56,410 bases of DNA from a virus. Lineage: Duplodnaviria; Caudoviricetes. Positions 42,669 to 49,707 of this stretch are shown here, one piece after another. The notes under the pieces were generated by a model. That model was not told the DNA's origin. It was given only the letters and a program-made list of their open reading frames with translations, and searched no databases. Made by a program: the position numbers and the translations under genes. Each line of letters begins with the position of its first letter. Position 1 is the stretch's first letter. The stretch covers positions 1-56,410 of the IMG/VR virus record IMGVR_UViG_3300022592_000005; one strand, 5' to 3'.

Positions 42669-44087
42669 TTATATGGCGTAGCGATCAGCCATGACTGCCT
42701 TAAGCATAATTGCTTCTGGAGTGAACTGTTCAGTATCACCACCAAGAACTGCAACCATGATTGCTGGAGAGAAGCCAGATACCAGTGCAACTCCACGAGT
42801 GTCGTACTTCACTGGCACATTGTCCTTGGCGTTTAAATTCCAGAAGACAATCTTTGGTACTTCATAACCAGCTGATTCAAACTTACGAGCAATCATTTGC
42901 ATTGCGGAGTCGTCGAAACGAGCGCATTGGTCAAATTGCATGTCAGAAAGAATCAACAGCATTTCTGGCATTTCTTCTTGTGGTACACCACCTTTAACAG
43001 CAGTAGAAAGAATCTTGTCCATTGCTTTCACAAGATCAGTATTCATTCCCCATTCAGAAGATACCATTTGGCTGCACTTTTGTAGAATGTTACCATTCAA
43101 GTGCAACAGTTCTGGATTACCAGAGAAAGTCAAGAATGTATCCTTGAACTTACCCTTGTTCTTGTCTGCAAGGTATAAACCCAGCGACACGGCAACGTCC
43201 ATACATGTAGTTCCAGAATTGCTTCCGTGACCACCAGCTGGGCATGCCATAGAACCAGATACGTCAACCAGTGGCAACACGTTAGCGTCACCAACAAAGT
43301 TTTGCATTGCTTCCCATTGCTTTTCAATTAAAGCAACTTGAGTTGCGTTGTAGTTGTTACGGTATGAACCGATAAGTCCCTTCAACACATCATATGGAAA
43401 CACTGCACCAGCATTTACCTTCACCTTTGGATTGTCACCCTTCACAAGAGCAGCAACATACTTCGCATACTCTGGAGTATTGCGGAAGAATGCCTTCTTG
43501 TAACGAGCAGCAGCAACAGATGGAACATGAGAGAAGTTAATCTCATCCCAGTTCTTTGCGCACATGTCAGTTTCAACAACCTTAGTCAATTCAACTAAGG
43601 ACTTACGATAAAACTTTGGAGACATGCCAAAGAAGTTACGGATTTCCACTGCTATCTCACCCTTACGTGGAGTCCACTTTGCAGCAAGACCATTCTTCTC
43701 ACGGAGAGCATCTCCCAACATTGTGAACGCAAATGGCTTAGTTGCTTCTACAACAAAGATGTCATCCCAACGACCGATCTCTGGAACTTTCTTCAACAGA
43801 GCAGTCGCAGCATCTGGATCATGTTTGTCCAAATACTTTAGGATCTGACGAAACAATTCACGTTCGCCAGCACCACCACGTGCATCACGTACCCATTGCG
43901 CAATACGCAGAGCAACTTCTTTGTTCTCTACATATGCAGCAACGAAATCTTTAGTGATGTCTTTACCACGTGATGCACCAATTTTGAAAAACAAGTCAAC
44001 ACATGCAGACGCAGTGGACTTGCGAGCAAGCATACCGTTTTCAGTACGTGCTTCTTGATTTTTAACCGCAGATACAAATGTATTCAT
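42669..44087 (-). CDS. DUF2828-family TROVE/Ro60-like helical protein with C-terminal vWA
   Basis: TENG, RD.RGG.GER, GRWDD, LAAKW.PR, DVSGSM, SDMQFD, IVFWNL, ALVSGFSP; AAAGGA RBS before ATG at 44087. Confidence 0.85.
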   Translation of the reverse strand: MNTFVSAVKNQEARTENGMLARKSTASACVDLFFKIGASRGKDITKDFVAAYVENKEVALRIAQWVRDARGGAGERELFRQILKYLDKHDPDAATALLKKVPEIGRWDDIFVVEATKPFAFTMLGDALREKNGLAAKWTPRKGEIAVEIRNFFGMSPKFYRKSLVELTKVVETDMCAKNWDEINFSHVPSVAAARYKKAFFRNTPEYAKYVAALVKGDNPKVKVNAGAVFPYDVLKGLIGSYRNNYNATQVALIEKQWEAMQNFVGDANVLPLVDVSGSMACPAGGHGSNSGTTCMDVAVSLGLYLADKNKGKFKDTFLTFSGNPELLHLNGNILQKCSQMVSSEWGMNTDLVKAMDKILSTAVKGGVPQEEMPEMLLILSDMQFDQCARFDDSAMQMIARKFESAGYEVPKIVFWNLNAKDNVPVKYDTRGVALVSGFSPAIMVAVLGGDTEQFTPEAIMLKAVMADRYAI

Positions 44088-44106
44088 TTTCATTTCCTTT
44101 ACAAAT

Positions 44107-44163
44107 AACAGGTTCAACTTTTCTCTAATTATGAAGTAGAATTAAATTTGCTGAACTGAACCT
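44107..44163 (-). ncRNA. Repeated small structured RNA, copy 1
   Basis: AGGTTCA..TCAGCAA..TGAACCT-GTT closing stem; internal hairpin loop TTCATAA. Confidence 0.7.
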
Positions 44164-44172
44164 AAATCAAAC

Positions 44173-44287
44173 AACAGGATAGTTTCCTACTTTTTGTTTT
44201 AAGTGAGAACTCGAAACTCACTTCGTCAGGCGAACCCGACCTAGTAGTGGTCTTTCGACCAAGTTAGTTGTTTGCAGAACCTATCCT
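44173..44287 (-). ncRNA. Repeated small structured RNA, copy 2 (long, multi-hairpin)
   Basis: AGGATAG..TCTGCAA..CTATCCT-GTT; internal GAAA and TTCG tetraloop hairpins. Confidence 0.72.
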
Positions 44288-44308
44288 TTTATCAACCTTA
44301 CAACCTAA

Positions 44309-44337
44309 AGTATACTCCTAAATGTCTTGCATGTCAA
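44309..44337 (-). promoter_or_regulatory. Sigma70-like promoter for the RNA pair and DUF2828 gene
   Basis: TTGACA-N17-TATACT. Confidence 0.8.
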
Positions 44338-44822
44338 GCAACTTTTCTTTCTGATTCTGCAAGAATATGTTTCATTCTGTCAGCGCAGTAAGAAGCTGCA
44401 AAGGCATTTGGCTTAACCATAGGAATAACATTACACATACCACGAATGTAGCCAACTGCTTCGTTGATGACACATGAACTGCCATGCATTTCGTTAGGGT
44501 TGATGTCCAAGTGGATTTCAACATCTCTATCTTCAAGCACGTCATGTAACTTGTGATACAACTCTGCAATTTTATATACTTCATTCATTAAACGCATACG
44601 TGGACGGTTTTTCTTTTGATCCCAGTCACGTTCTCTTTGAACTTCACCGAAAATCTTACAACCATGTTTACCGTCAATATGCACTACAATGGCAAGAGTA
44701 TAGTCAGCGTACCAATCGGATCCAATTAACATACGCTCAGAATCTGCACCAATGTAGATTTTTGTTTCGGGACTCTGTGCTTCGATGAACGCTTTTACTT
44801 CATCGATGTTAATAGTGCGCAT
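44334..44822 (-). CDS. RNase H-like YkuK-family protein
   Basis: IYIG.DS, RL..EV, EIHLD.N, GY..G, KP.AFAAS..ADR. Confidence 0.8.
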   Translation of the reverse strand: MRTINIDEVKAFIEAQSPETKIYIGADSERMLIGSDWYADYTLAIVVHIDGKHGCKIFGEVQRERDWDQKKNRPRMRLMNEVYKIAELYHKLHDVLEDRDVEIHLDINPNEMHGSSCVINEAVGYIRGMCNVIPMVKPNAFAASYCADRMKHILAESERKVA

Positions 44823-44850
44823 GATACATCTCCATTCTTTTTGAAAATTT

Positions 44851-44925
44851 TGGAGCAGGATATCGGGTTCGAACCGATGACATTCTCGTTGGCAACGAGA
44901 CATTCTACCACTGAATTAATCCTGC
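44851..44925 (-). tRNA. tRNA-Gly(GCC)
   Basis: Cloverleaf, loop TTGCCAA, CCA. Confidence 0.93.
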
Positions 44926-44927
44926 AT

Positions 44928-45001
44928 TGGCATCCCGCCAGAGACTCGAACTCCGACCAAGGGTTTTGGAGACCCACGTGCTGCCATTACACCAGCGAGA
45001 T
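44928..45001 (-). tRNA. tRNA-Trp(CCA)
   Basis: Cloverleaf, loop CTCCAAA, CCA. Confidence 0.92.
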
Positions 45002-45423
45002 ATTTTTACTTTGATTCGTTCAAGAGTTGCTTATTCTCTGAGAGAGTTTGCTCTTGAAGTTTCTTTTGATATTCTTCATTTGTCAGCGAATGCCAACCCA
45101 CACAATCACCAGTTGGGCTACGACCACATCCACATGTTCCAGTTCTTTGTTCACTCATAGTCTTTTCCTTTTTACCAAAAATAATATCCCAACGATTGTC
45201 AAATGTTTCTTTGTCAACCGAGAGTGGTCTTGGTTTATCACCCTTACCACCTGTTCCACCATTCCAATGTTCAGCCATTTAATCTTTCCCTCATGTCTTT
45301 TTTCTGGGCACTTCTTTCAGATTTCCAGAAAACACGTTTCCATTCTTTCAAATGTTTCCACCACTGTGGAGATTTAGTCAAATTACCTTGCTTAACATTA
45401 GCCATAATATTCTCCACAAAACT

Positions 45424-45499
45424 TGGTGCCCATTTACGGATTCGAACCGCAGACCTCCTCATTACTAATGAGATGCTCTACCAACTGAGCTAAATGGGC
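45424..45499 (-). tRNA. tRNA-Thr(AGT)
   Basis: Cloverleaf, loop TTAGTAA, acceptor GCCCATT, CCA. Confidence 0.88.
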
Positions 45500-45509
45500 A
45501 TGAAATTAC

Positions 45510-45773
45510 TTAGTCAACAACAGCAACAATGTTCTCTTCTTCAATGATAACTCGTTGAGCACCATCAACAGTGACAACACTTGCTTTATTCCATTCAAGA
45601 TAAACCACATCACCAACAGCCACTACCGTAACATCTGGTCCAATTGCCAACACAGTTCCAGTTTTAGATTCACGAACAGATCTTGCGTCATCGAGAATAA
45701 TACCAGACTCAGATTTTACTTCTGATTTGTTCTCGGCAATGAGAACCTTCTTCTTCATGGGTTTGACAATCAT
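45510..45773 (-). CDS. groES: GroES-like co-chaperonin
   Basis: KP...VLI, SGIIL, G.VLAIGP.V..V.VGD.V, I.EE.I.AV. Confidence 0.88.
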   Translation of the reverse strand: MIVKPMKKKVLIAENKSEVKSESGIILDDARSVRESKTGTVLAIGPDVTVVAVGDVVYLEWNKASVVTVDGAQRVIIEEENIVAVVD

Positions 45774-45800
45774 ATCATCCTTTTTCACTTAACAAAAAAT

Positions 45801-45876
45801 TGGCTCCCCGAGCTGGGCTCGAACCAGCGACACCATGATTAACAGTCATGTACTCTACCAACTGAGCTATCAGGGA
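45801..45876 (-). tRNA. tRNA-Asn(GTT)
   Basis: Cloverleaf, loop CTGTTAA, CCA. Confidence 0.94.
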
Positions 45877-45883
45877 ATAAACT

Positions 45884-45957
45884 TGGTGCCCCACGACAGA
45901 ATCGAACTGCCGACGCCTGATTACAAAACAGGAGTTATACCATTTAACTAGAAGGGC
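45884..45957 (-). tRNA. tRNA-Thr(TGT)
   Basis: Cloverleaf, loop TTTGTAA, CCA. Confidence 0.9.
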
Positions 45958-45962
45958 GAAAC

Positions 45963-46037
45963 TGGTGGTAATGAGTAGAGTCGAACTACCACTGAACTCC
46001 GTATGAAGGAGGTGCACTACCGTTATGCTACATTACC
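45963..46037 (-). tRNA. tRNA with CAT anticodon (Met or Ile2)
   Basis: Cloverleaf, loop TTCATAC, CCA. Confidence 0.85.
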
Positions 46038-46041
46038 ATAT

Positions 46042-46160
46042 AGGTGCTCTCTGTTCGATTCGAACGAAACTGTCTTGCTCCGTATCTTCCTGGCACTTTC
46101 GGTAGTTAGTCGACTTAGTACCTAACTCGTGTTATCCAGTGTAGCAAAACTTCAAAGAGC
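46042..46160 (-). ncRNA. 119-nt tRNA-like RNA without a recognisable anticodon arm
   Basis: 7-bp acceptor GCTCTTT/AGAGAGC plus ACCT end, T-loop TTCGAAT, nested internal stems. Confidence 0.65.
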
Positions 46161-46167
46161 ATTTATA

Positions 46168-46251
46168 TGGTGCCCCAACCGAGACTTGAACTCGGACGCA
46201 CTAGGCACTGGCTTCTAAGACCAGCGTGTCTACCAATTCCACCATCGGGGC
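46168..46251 (-). tRNA. tRNA-Leu(TAG)
   Basis: Cloverleaf with variable arm, loop CTTAGAA. Confidence 0.93.
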
Positions 46252-46257
46252 AAATTC

Positions 46258-46312
46258 AACAGGATGACTTTCTTTTTTCCAATAAAAAGTTTTTGATTGC
46301 AGCAATCATCCT
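46258..46312 (-). ncRNA. Repeated small structured RNA, copy 3
   Basis: AGGATGA..GCTGCAA..TCATCCT-GTT; internal A/U hairpin loop ATTGGAA. Confidence 0.7.
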
Positions 46313-46316
46313 AAAC

Positions 46317-46393
46317 TGGTTGCGGAGGCTGGATTCGAACCAGCGTTTCTTGGCTTATGAGACCAAGCGGATAGACCACTTCCATACACCGCT
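46317..46393 (-). tRNA. tRNA-Met(CAT), initiator-like
   Basis: Loop CTCATAA, mismatched 1:72 pair, AACCA end. Confidence 0.85.
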
Positions 46394-46400
46394 ATAACCT

Positions 46401-46766
46401 TTACATCTTTGACCACTCTTGGATAATCTTACGATCAACCTTTCGTTGGTCACCTTTACCATACTTCGTCACCATAGCAACGATGCGTGGTATAATATAC
46501 ATCTGAAACATTCCATCGTCCTTACGTTTCTTCTCAACGAAATCGTAGGGTTTGCCAGCAAGATATGCTCTTGCCAACTCCGTTGCTCTTGCTTCGTTTC
46601 TAACATTCCACTTTCGGTGATTGACTAACTCGTTTAACTTGTAGATTAAATTTGCGTCAGTACCTTTAGTGTACTTGATTTGTCCTTTTAACTTACGCTC
46701 TTCATGCTTAATTACTTGTGGCTCGAGAGCGAGATGTTTTGATTTGATTTTTAATTCGATACTCAT
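46401..46766 (-). CDS. Basic hypothetical protein
   Basis: AAGGA RBS before MSIELKIK; HR...VR.EARAT.LA.AYL.G motif. Confidence 0.7.
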   Translation of the reverse strand: MSIELKIKSKHLALEPQVIKHEERKLKGQIKYTKGTDANLIYKLNELVNHRKWNVRNEARATELARAYLAGKPYDFVEKKRKDDGMFQMYIIPRIVAMVTKYGKGDQRKVDRKIIQEWSKM

Positions 46767-46879
46767 TTTGATTTTCCTTTGTTTAAAATTGTTGAATAAG
46801 TTAAGCAAAGAAAAGTCATGGTGGTCGAATAATCTAGGCAAAATCTTTCATAGTTAGATTCCTTATATTAGTTAATGAA

Positions 46880-46956
46880 TGGTGCGTTAGACAGGAATCG
46901 AACCTGCTACATGCTGTTTTAGAGACAGCCACCCTTACCTTATGGGTTACTAACGC
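46880..46956 (-). tRNA. Amber suppressor tRNA (anticodon CTA)
   Basis: Acceptor GCGTTAG/CTAACGC, anticodon arm GCTGT-CTCTAAA-ACAGC, T-arm GCAGG-TTCGATT-CCTGT, ACCA. Confidence 0.88.
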
Positions 46957-46977
46957 ATTGTATTTAGCACGAAAAAC

Positions 46978-47036
46978 AACAGGATTCGCTTTTGGCTTTT
47001 TATCAATAAAAGTTTTTTGTTTGCTGAATGAATCCT
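46978..47036 (-). ncRNA. Repeated small structured RNA, copy 4
   Basis: AGGATTC..TCAGCAA..GAATCCT-GTT; internal hairpin containing TTGATAA. Confidence 0.7.
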
Positions 47037-47041
47037 AAAAC

Positions 47042-47116
47042 TGGCGACCTTGCGGGGAATCGAACCCCGATATCCTACTAGACAGGCAGGTATAATAACC
47101 ACTATATGACAAGGCC
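47042..47116 (-). tRNA. tRNA-Asp(GTC)
   Basis: Cloverleaf, loop CTGTCTA, GCCA. Confidence 0.9.
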
Positions 47117-47121
47117 AAATT

Positions 47122-47206
47122 TGGTGGAGAATACTGGGATCGAACCAGTCGTACCCGAAGGTGGCGGATTTACAGTCCACTGCATCACCATTGATGCTTC
47201 TTCTCC
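47122..47206 (-). tRNA. tRNA-Tyr(GTA)
   Basis: Loop CTGTAAA, variable arm, ACCA. Confidence 0.92.
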
Positions 47207-47211
47207 ATACA

Positions 47212-47327
47212 TTAGTTTTGCTGACGCACTATTTGCTAAGTCTCAACGGAATTGGTGGCCACACTACCGTTTATCGACAGAGTTACTCAGGCATGATCAA
47301 GCCCATGGCTTACATCAGCAAAACTAA
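47212..47327 (-). ncRNA. Unassigned ~116-nt structured RNA
   Basis: Long perfect terminal stem TTAGTTTTGCTGA/TCAGCAAAACTAA extended by G-U pairs; internal hairpins. Confidence 0.6.
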
Positions 47328-47402
47328 TGGTACTCGGTAGGGGAGTTGAACCCCTCTTCTCAGGTTGAAAACCTGATGTCCTAACCGATAGACGAACCGA
47401 GT
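47328..47402 (-). tRNA. tRNA-Glu(TTC)
   Basis: Cloverleaf, loop TTTTCAA. Confidence 0.92.
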
Positions 47403-47465
47403 AAATTTCTAACTAACTAAACATTATTATACTTGAAAAACATTTGTATGTCAAGCATTATTTTT

Positions 47466-47539
47466 TGGAGTAGGTGACAAGAATCGAACTTGCTTCCATG
47501 GGTTTGCAATCCAGTGCCTGTCCAACTGGCTCCACCTAC
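47466..47539 (-). tRNA. tRNA-Cys(GCA)
   Basis: Loop TTGCAAA, U73 discriminator. Confidence 0.9.
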
Positions 47540-47546
47540 ATAACTT

Positions 47547-47625
47547 TGGTACCCCTGCTGAGATTCGAACTCAGAACAACTTCTCCTTTTGAGAGAGACG
47601 ACTTTACCAATTTGTCCACAAGGGC
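47547..47625 (-). tRNA. tRNA-Leu(CAA), short variable arm
   Basis: Loop CTCAAAA, ~7-nt variable region. Confidence 0.85.
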
Positions 47626-47627
47626 AT

Positions 47628-47702
47628 TGGTGGGCTAGCTGTGAATTGAACACAGACTCAACCGATTATGAGTCGGACGCTTTACCATTAAGCTACTAGC
47701 CC
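47628..47702 (-). tRNA. tRNA with CAT anticodon (probably Ile2)
   Basis: Loop CTCATAA, acceptor GGGCTAG. Confidence 0.85.
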
Positions 47703-47708
47703 AACTAC

Positions 47709-47784
47709 TGGCGTCCCGTGAGAGATTCGAACTCCCGACCTGTGGTGTAGAAGACCATTGCTCTATCCACTGAGCTAACGGGAC
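47709..47784 (-). tRNA. tRNA-Arg(TCT)
   Basis: Loop CTTCTAC, A20 in D-loop. Confidence 0.92.
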
Positions 47785-47790
47785 AGTGTT

Positions 47791-47875
47791 TGGTGCGACT
47801 GGCGAGACTTGAACTCGCATGTCTTGCGACGGCAGATTTTAAGTCTGCTATGTATACCGATTCCATCACAGTCGC
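47791..47875 (-). tRNA. tRNA-Leu(TAA)
   Basis: Loop CTTAAAA, variable arm. Confidence 0.93.
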
Positions 47876-47876
47876 A

Positions 47877-47948
47877 TGGCTCGGGTCTCTCCTCGACTGT
47901 CACGCATGTCGCTTACGTTTGCGGTAGGTAGCGAACCTACATTAGAAC
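47877..47948 (-). ncRNA. 72-nt structured RNA ending in CCA, possible kissing loop
   Basis: Hairpins GTAGG/CCTAC and CGCA/TGCG with complementary loop segments TCGCT/AGCGA. Confidence 0.5.
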
Positions 47949-48038
47949 TGGCGGAGAGTCAGGGAGTTGAACCCTGTGACCATATTCCTACGGTCTACAG
48001 TTTAGCAAACTGCTGCATTACCGTCCTGCCCACTCTCC
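47949..48038 (-). tRNA. tRNA-Ser(GCT)
   Basis: Loop TTGCTAA, long variable arm, GCCA. Confidence 0.93.
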
Positions 48039-48605
48039 TTAAACATTACCGTTCTTGAATCCCACAGTACCACCCTGCTCTTGAATTTTCTTCAAGACGT
48101 CTTCAAACAAGATGGGTCTGAAGTCTGTTTGTTCGACACATACAGAGAAGTACTGTGGGTCAATGGTAGTAACACCATACTGGTCAGTTTTCATAACACG
48201 ATTGCTATGTAAGTGACCATGAATGTTACAACCAAAACGATACAACTGTTGCGGATGTAAAGGTATGTGACTCAAGATCAAACCATTCATCACATGGTAA
48301 CTACGTATATCTCTAAAGTGTTCCGTGTATTCTTCTAATCTGAAGATATCATGGTTACCTTTGATCAAAACTTTGTCACCATTCAAACGACGTAAAATTT
48401 TCAATGCTTTACGGTTGATAACTACATCACCAAGATGATAAACTTTATCAGTTGGCTTCACAGTTTCGTTCCACATTTTAACCATCGCTTCATCCATTTC
48501 ATCTGGATCAGTCCATGGTCTTAACTTTTCACCATCGTCACGTGTGAATTTGCATACACCAACATGACCAAAGTGCGTATCACTTGTTAAAAATACACTT
48601 GGCAT
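48039..48605 (-). CDS. Calcineurin-like metallophosphoesterase
   Basis: SDTHFGH, HLGD, GNHD, LSHIP, NIHGHLH. Confidence 0.9.
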   Translation of the reverse strand: MPSVFLTSDTHFGHVGVCKFTRDDGEKLRPWTDPDEMDEAMVKMWNETVKPTDKVYHLGDVVINRKALKILRRLNGDKVLIKGNHDIFRLEEYTEHFRDIRSYHVMNGLILSHIPLHPQQLYRFGCNIHGHLHSNRVMKTDQYGVTTIDPQYFSVCVEQTDFRPILFEDVLKKIQEQGGTVGFKNGNV

Positions 48606-48626
48606 ATACATCTCCTTATAATAAAT

Positions 48627-48716
48627 TGGCGGAAGTGGTAGGATTTGAACCCACGGACCCTTTCAGATCGCCTGTTTTCAAGACAGGTGCCATAAACCAG
48701 ACTCGACCACACTTCC
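48627..48716 (-). tRNA. tRNA-Ser(TGA)
   Basis: Loop CTTGAAA, long variable arm, GCCA. Confidence 0.93.
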
Positions 48717-48722
48717 ATAACT

Positions 48723-48798
48723 TGGTACCCCATGAAGGAATTGAACCTCCACCTCTGCGTTCGTAGCACAGTATGATTATCCATTTCACCAATGGGGC
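48723..48798 (-). tRNA. tRNA-Arg(ACG)
   Basis: Loop CTACGAA. Confidence 0.92.
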
Positions 48799-48805
48799 AT
48801 TAACT

Positions 48806-48879
48806 TGGTACCTCGTGACAGAATCGAACTGCCGTAATCGCCGTGTAAGGACGAAGTTCTACCATTAAACTAACGAGGC
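48806..48879 (-). tRNA. tRNA-Val(TAC)
   Basis: Loop CTTACAC. Confidence 0.92.
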
Positions 48880-48887
48880 ATAAAACT

Positions 48888-48966
48888 TGGCTCCGCATTT
48901 GAGGATCGAACTCAACTAACCACTGATTAACAGTCAGGTCCATGCACCTTGCTCGGATTTTGCGGA
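48888..48966 (-). tRNA. tRNA-Asn(GTT), second copy with atypical D-arm
   Basis: Loop CTGTTAA, TCC acceptor start, GCCA. Confidence 0.82.
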
Positions 48967-48975
48967 ATAGAAAAC

Positions 48976-49044
48976 AACAGGATAGTTTTGACGAACATGT
49001 CAATTTAACAGATTGGTGTTCTTTTGAGTTGCAGAACCTATCCT
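48976..49044 (-). ncRNA. Repeated small structured RNA, copy 5
   Basis: AGGATAG..TCTGCAA..CTATCCT-GTT; internal CAAT-CTGTTAA-ATTG hairpin. Confidence 0.72.
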
Positions 49045-49049
49045 AAAAA

Positions 49050-49124
49050 TGGTGGAGACCGAGGAAATCGAATCCTTCTAGACATTTTCCTTGCAAGGGA
49101 AAACCGTAGCCCACTACTGCCCCC
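49050..49124 (-). tRNA. tRNA-Ala(TGC), reduced D-arm
   Basis: G3:U70, loop CTTGCAA, D-arm only GTAG-TGGG-CTAC. Confidence 0.8.
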
Positions 49125-49130
49125 ATAAAC

Positions 49131-49204
49131 TGGTCTCGGTGGGAGGAATTGAACCTCCGACACATGCTCCCAAAGCACGAATTTTACCACTAAACTACAC
49201 CGAG
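49131..49204 (-). tRNA. tRNA-Pro(TGG)
   Basis: Loop TTTGGGA, C1:G72. Confidence 0.92.
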
Positions 49205-49212
49205 ATAATAAC

Positions 49213-49286
49213 TGGTACCTAGAAGAAGAATTGAACTTCTGTCTATCGGTTATCAGCCGATTGCTCTACCATTGAGCTACCTAGGT
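49213..49286 (-). tRNA. tRNA-Ile(GAT)
   Basis: Loop CTGATAA. Confidence 0.92.
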
Positions 49287-49296
49287 ATAAAACATT

Positions 49297-49372
49297 TGGT
49301 GCAACCTCCAAGAATCGAACTTGGTTCAATGGTTCTTCAGACCACCGCTATGACCACATCAGCTAAAGTTGC
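49297..49372 (-). tRNA. tRNA-Phe(GAA)
   Basis: Loop CTGAAGA. Confidence 0.9.
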
Positions 49373-49385
49373 ATTCAATTTTCTT

Positions 49386-49459
49386 TGGGGTGACCTATGG
49401 GAGTTGAACCCATACTAACAGAATCACAATCTGGGGTGCTACCGCTACACTAAGGTCAC
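49386..49459 (-). tRNA. tRNA-His(GTG)
   Basis: Loop TTGTGAT, C73. Confidence 0.9.
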
Positions 49460-49471
49460 ACCAAAGAAAAC

Positions 49472-49545
49472 TGGTAGGAGCACAGAGAATTGAACTCTGA
49501 TTAACTGGTTAAAAGCCAGCTACTTTACCATTAAGTTATACTCCC
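49472..49545 (-). tRNA. tRNA-Lys(TTT)
   Basis: Loop CTTTTAA. Confidence 0.92.
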
Positions 49546-49549
49546 GTAT

Positions 49550-49625
49550 TGGTCCACCCTCTGAGATTCGAACTCAGTCCTCGTAGATTAAGAGTCTAGT
49601 ATGCTACCAATAACATCTAGGGTGG
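49550..49625 (-). tRNA. tRNA-Lys(CTT)
   Basis: Loop CTCTTAA; unusual acceptor CCACCCT. Confidence 0.82.
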
Positions 49626-49635
49626 GTTGTCGTAA

Positions 49636-49707
49636 TTATTTGATTTTACGTGCCAACCCAAGACCAATACGGGATCTTGAGTGACACTAGAGTTTACCTC
49701 GTTTCAT
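49636..49707 (-). CDS. Mini-ORF MKRGKL-(UAG)-CHSRSRIGLGLARKIK, possible amber readthrough peptide
   Basis: AGGAG RBS 6 nt before ATG; in-frame TAG at 49687-49689 followed by a hairpin; TAA at 49636. Confidence 0.5.

Noticed and set aside
47877-47948. Theta/HDV-like ribozyme or preQ1 riboswitch
   Set aside because: Could not build P1/P2 of the HDV fold on either strand; lacks the A-rich preQ1 tail and a downstream gene
44107-49044. Repeated AGG..GCAA..CCTGTT elements as a CRISPR array
   Set aside because: Copies are dispersed, non-identical and covarying, with no repeat-spacer periodicity and no cas operon
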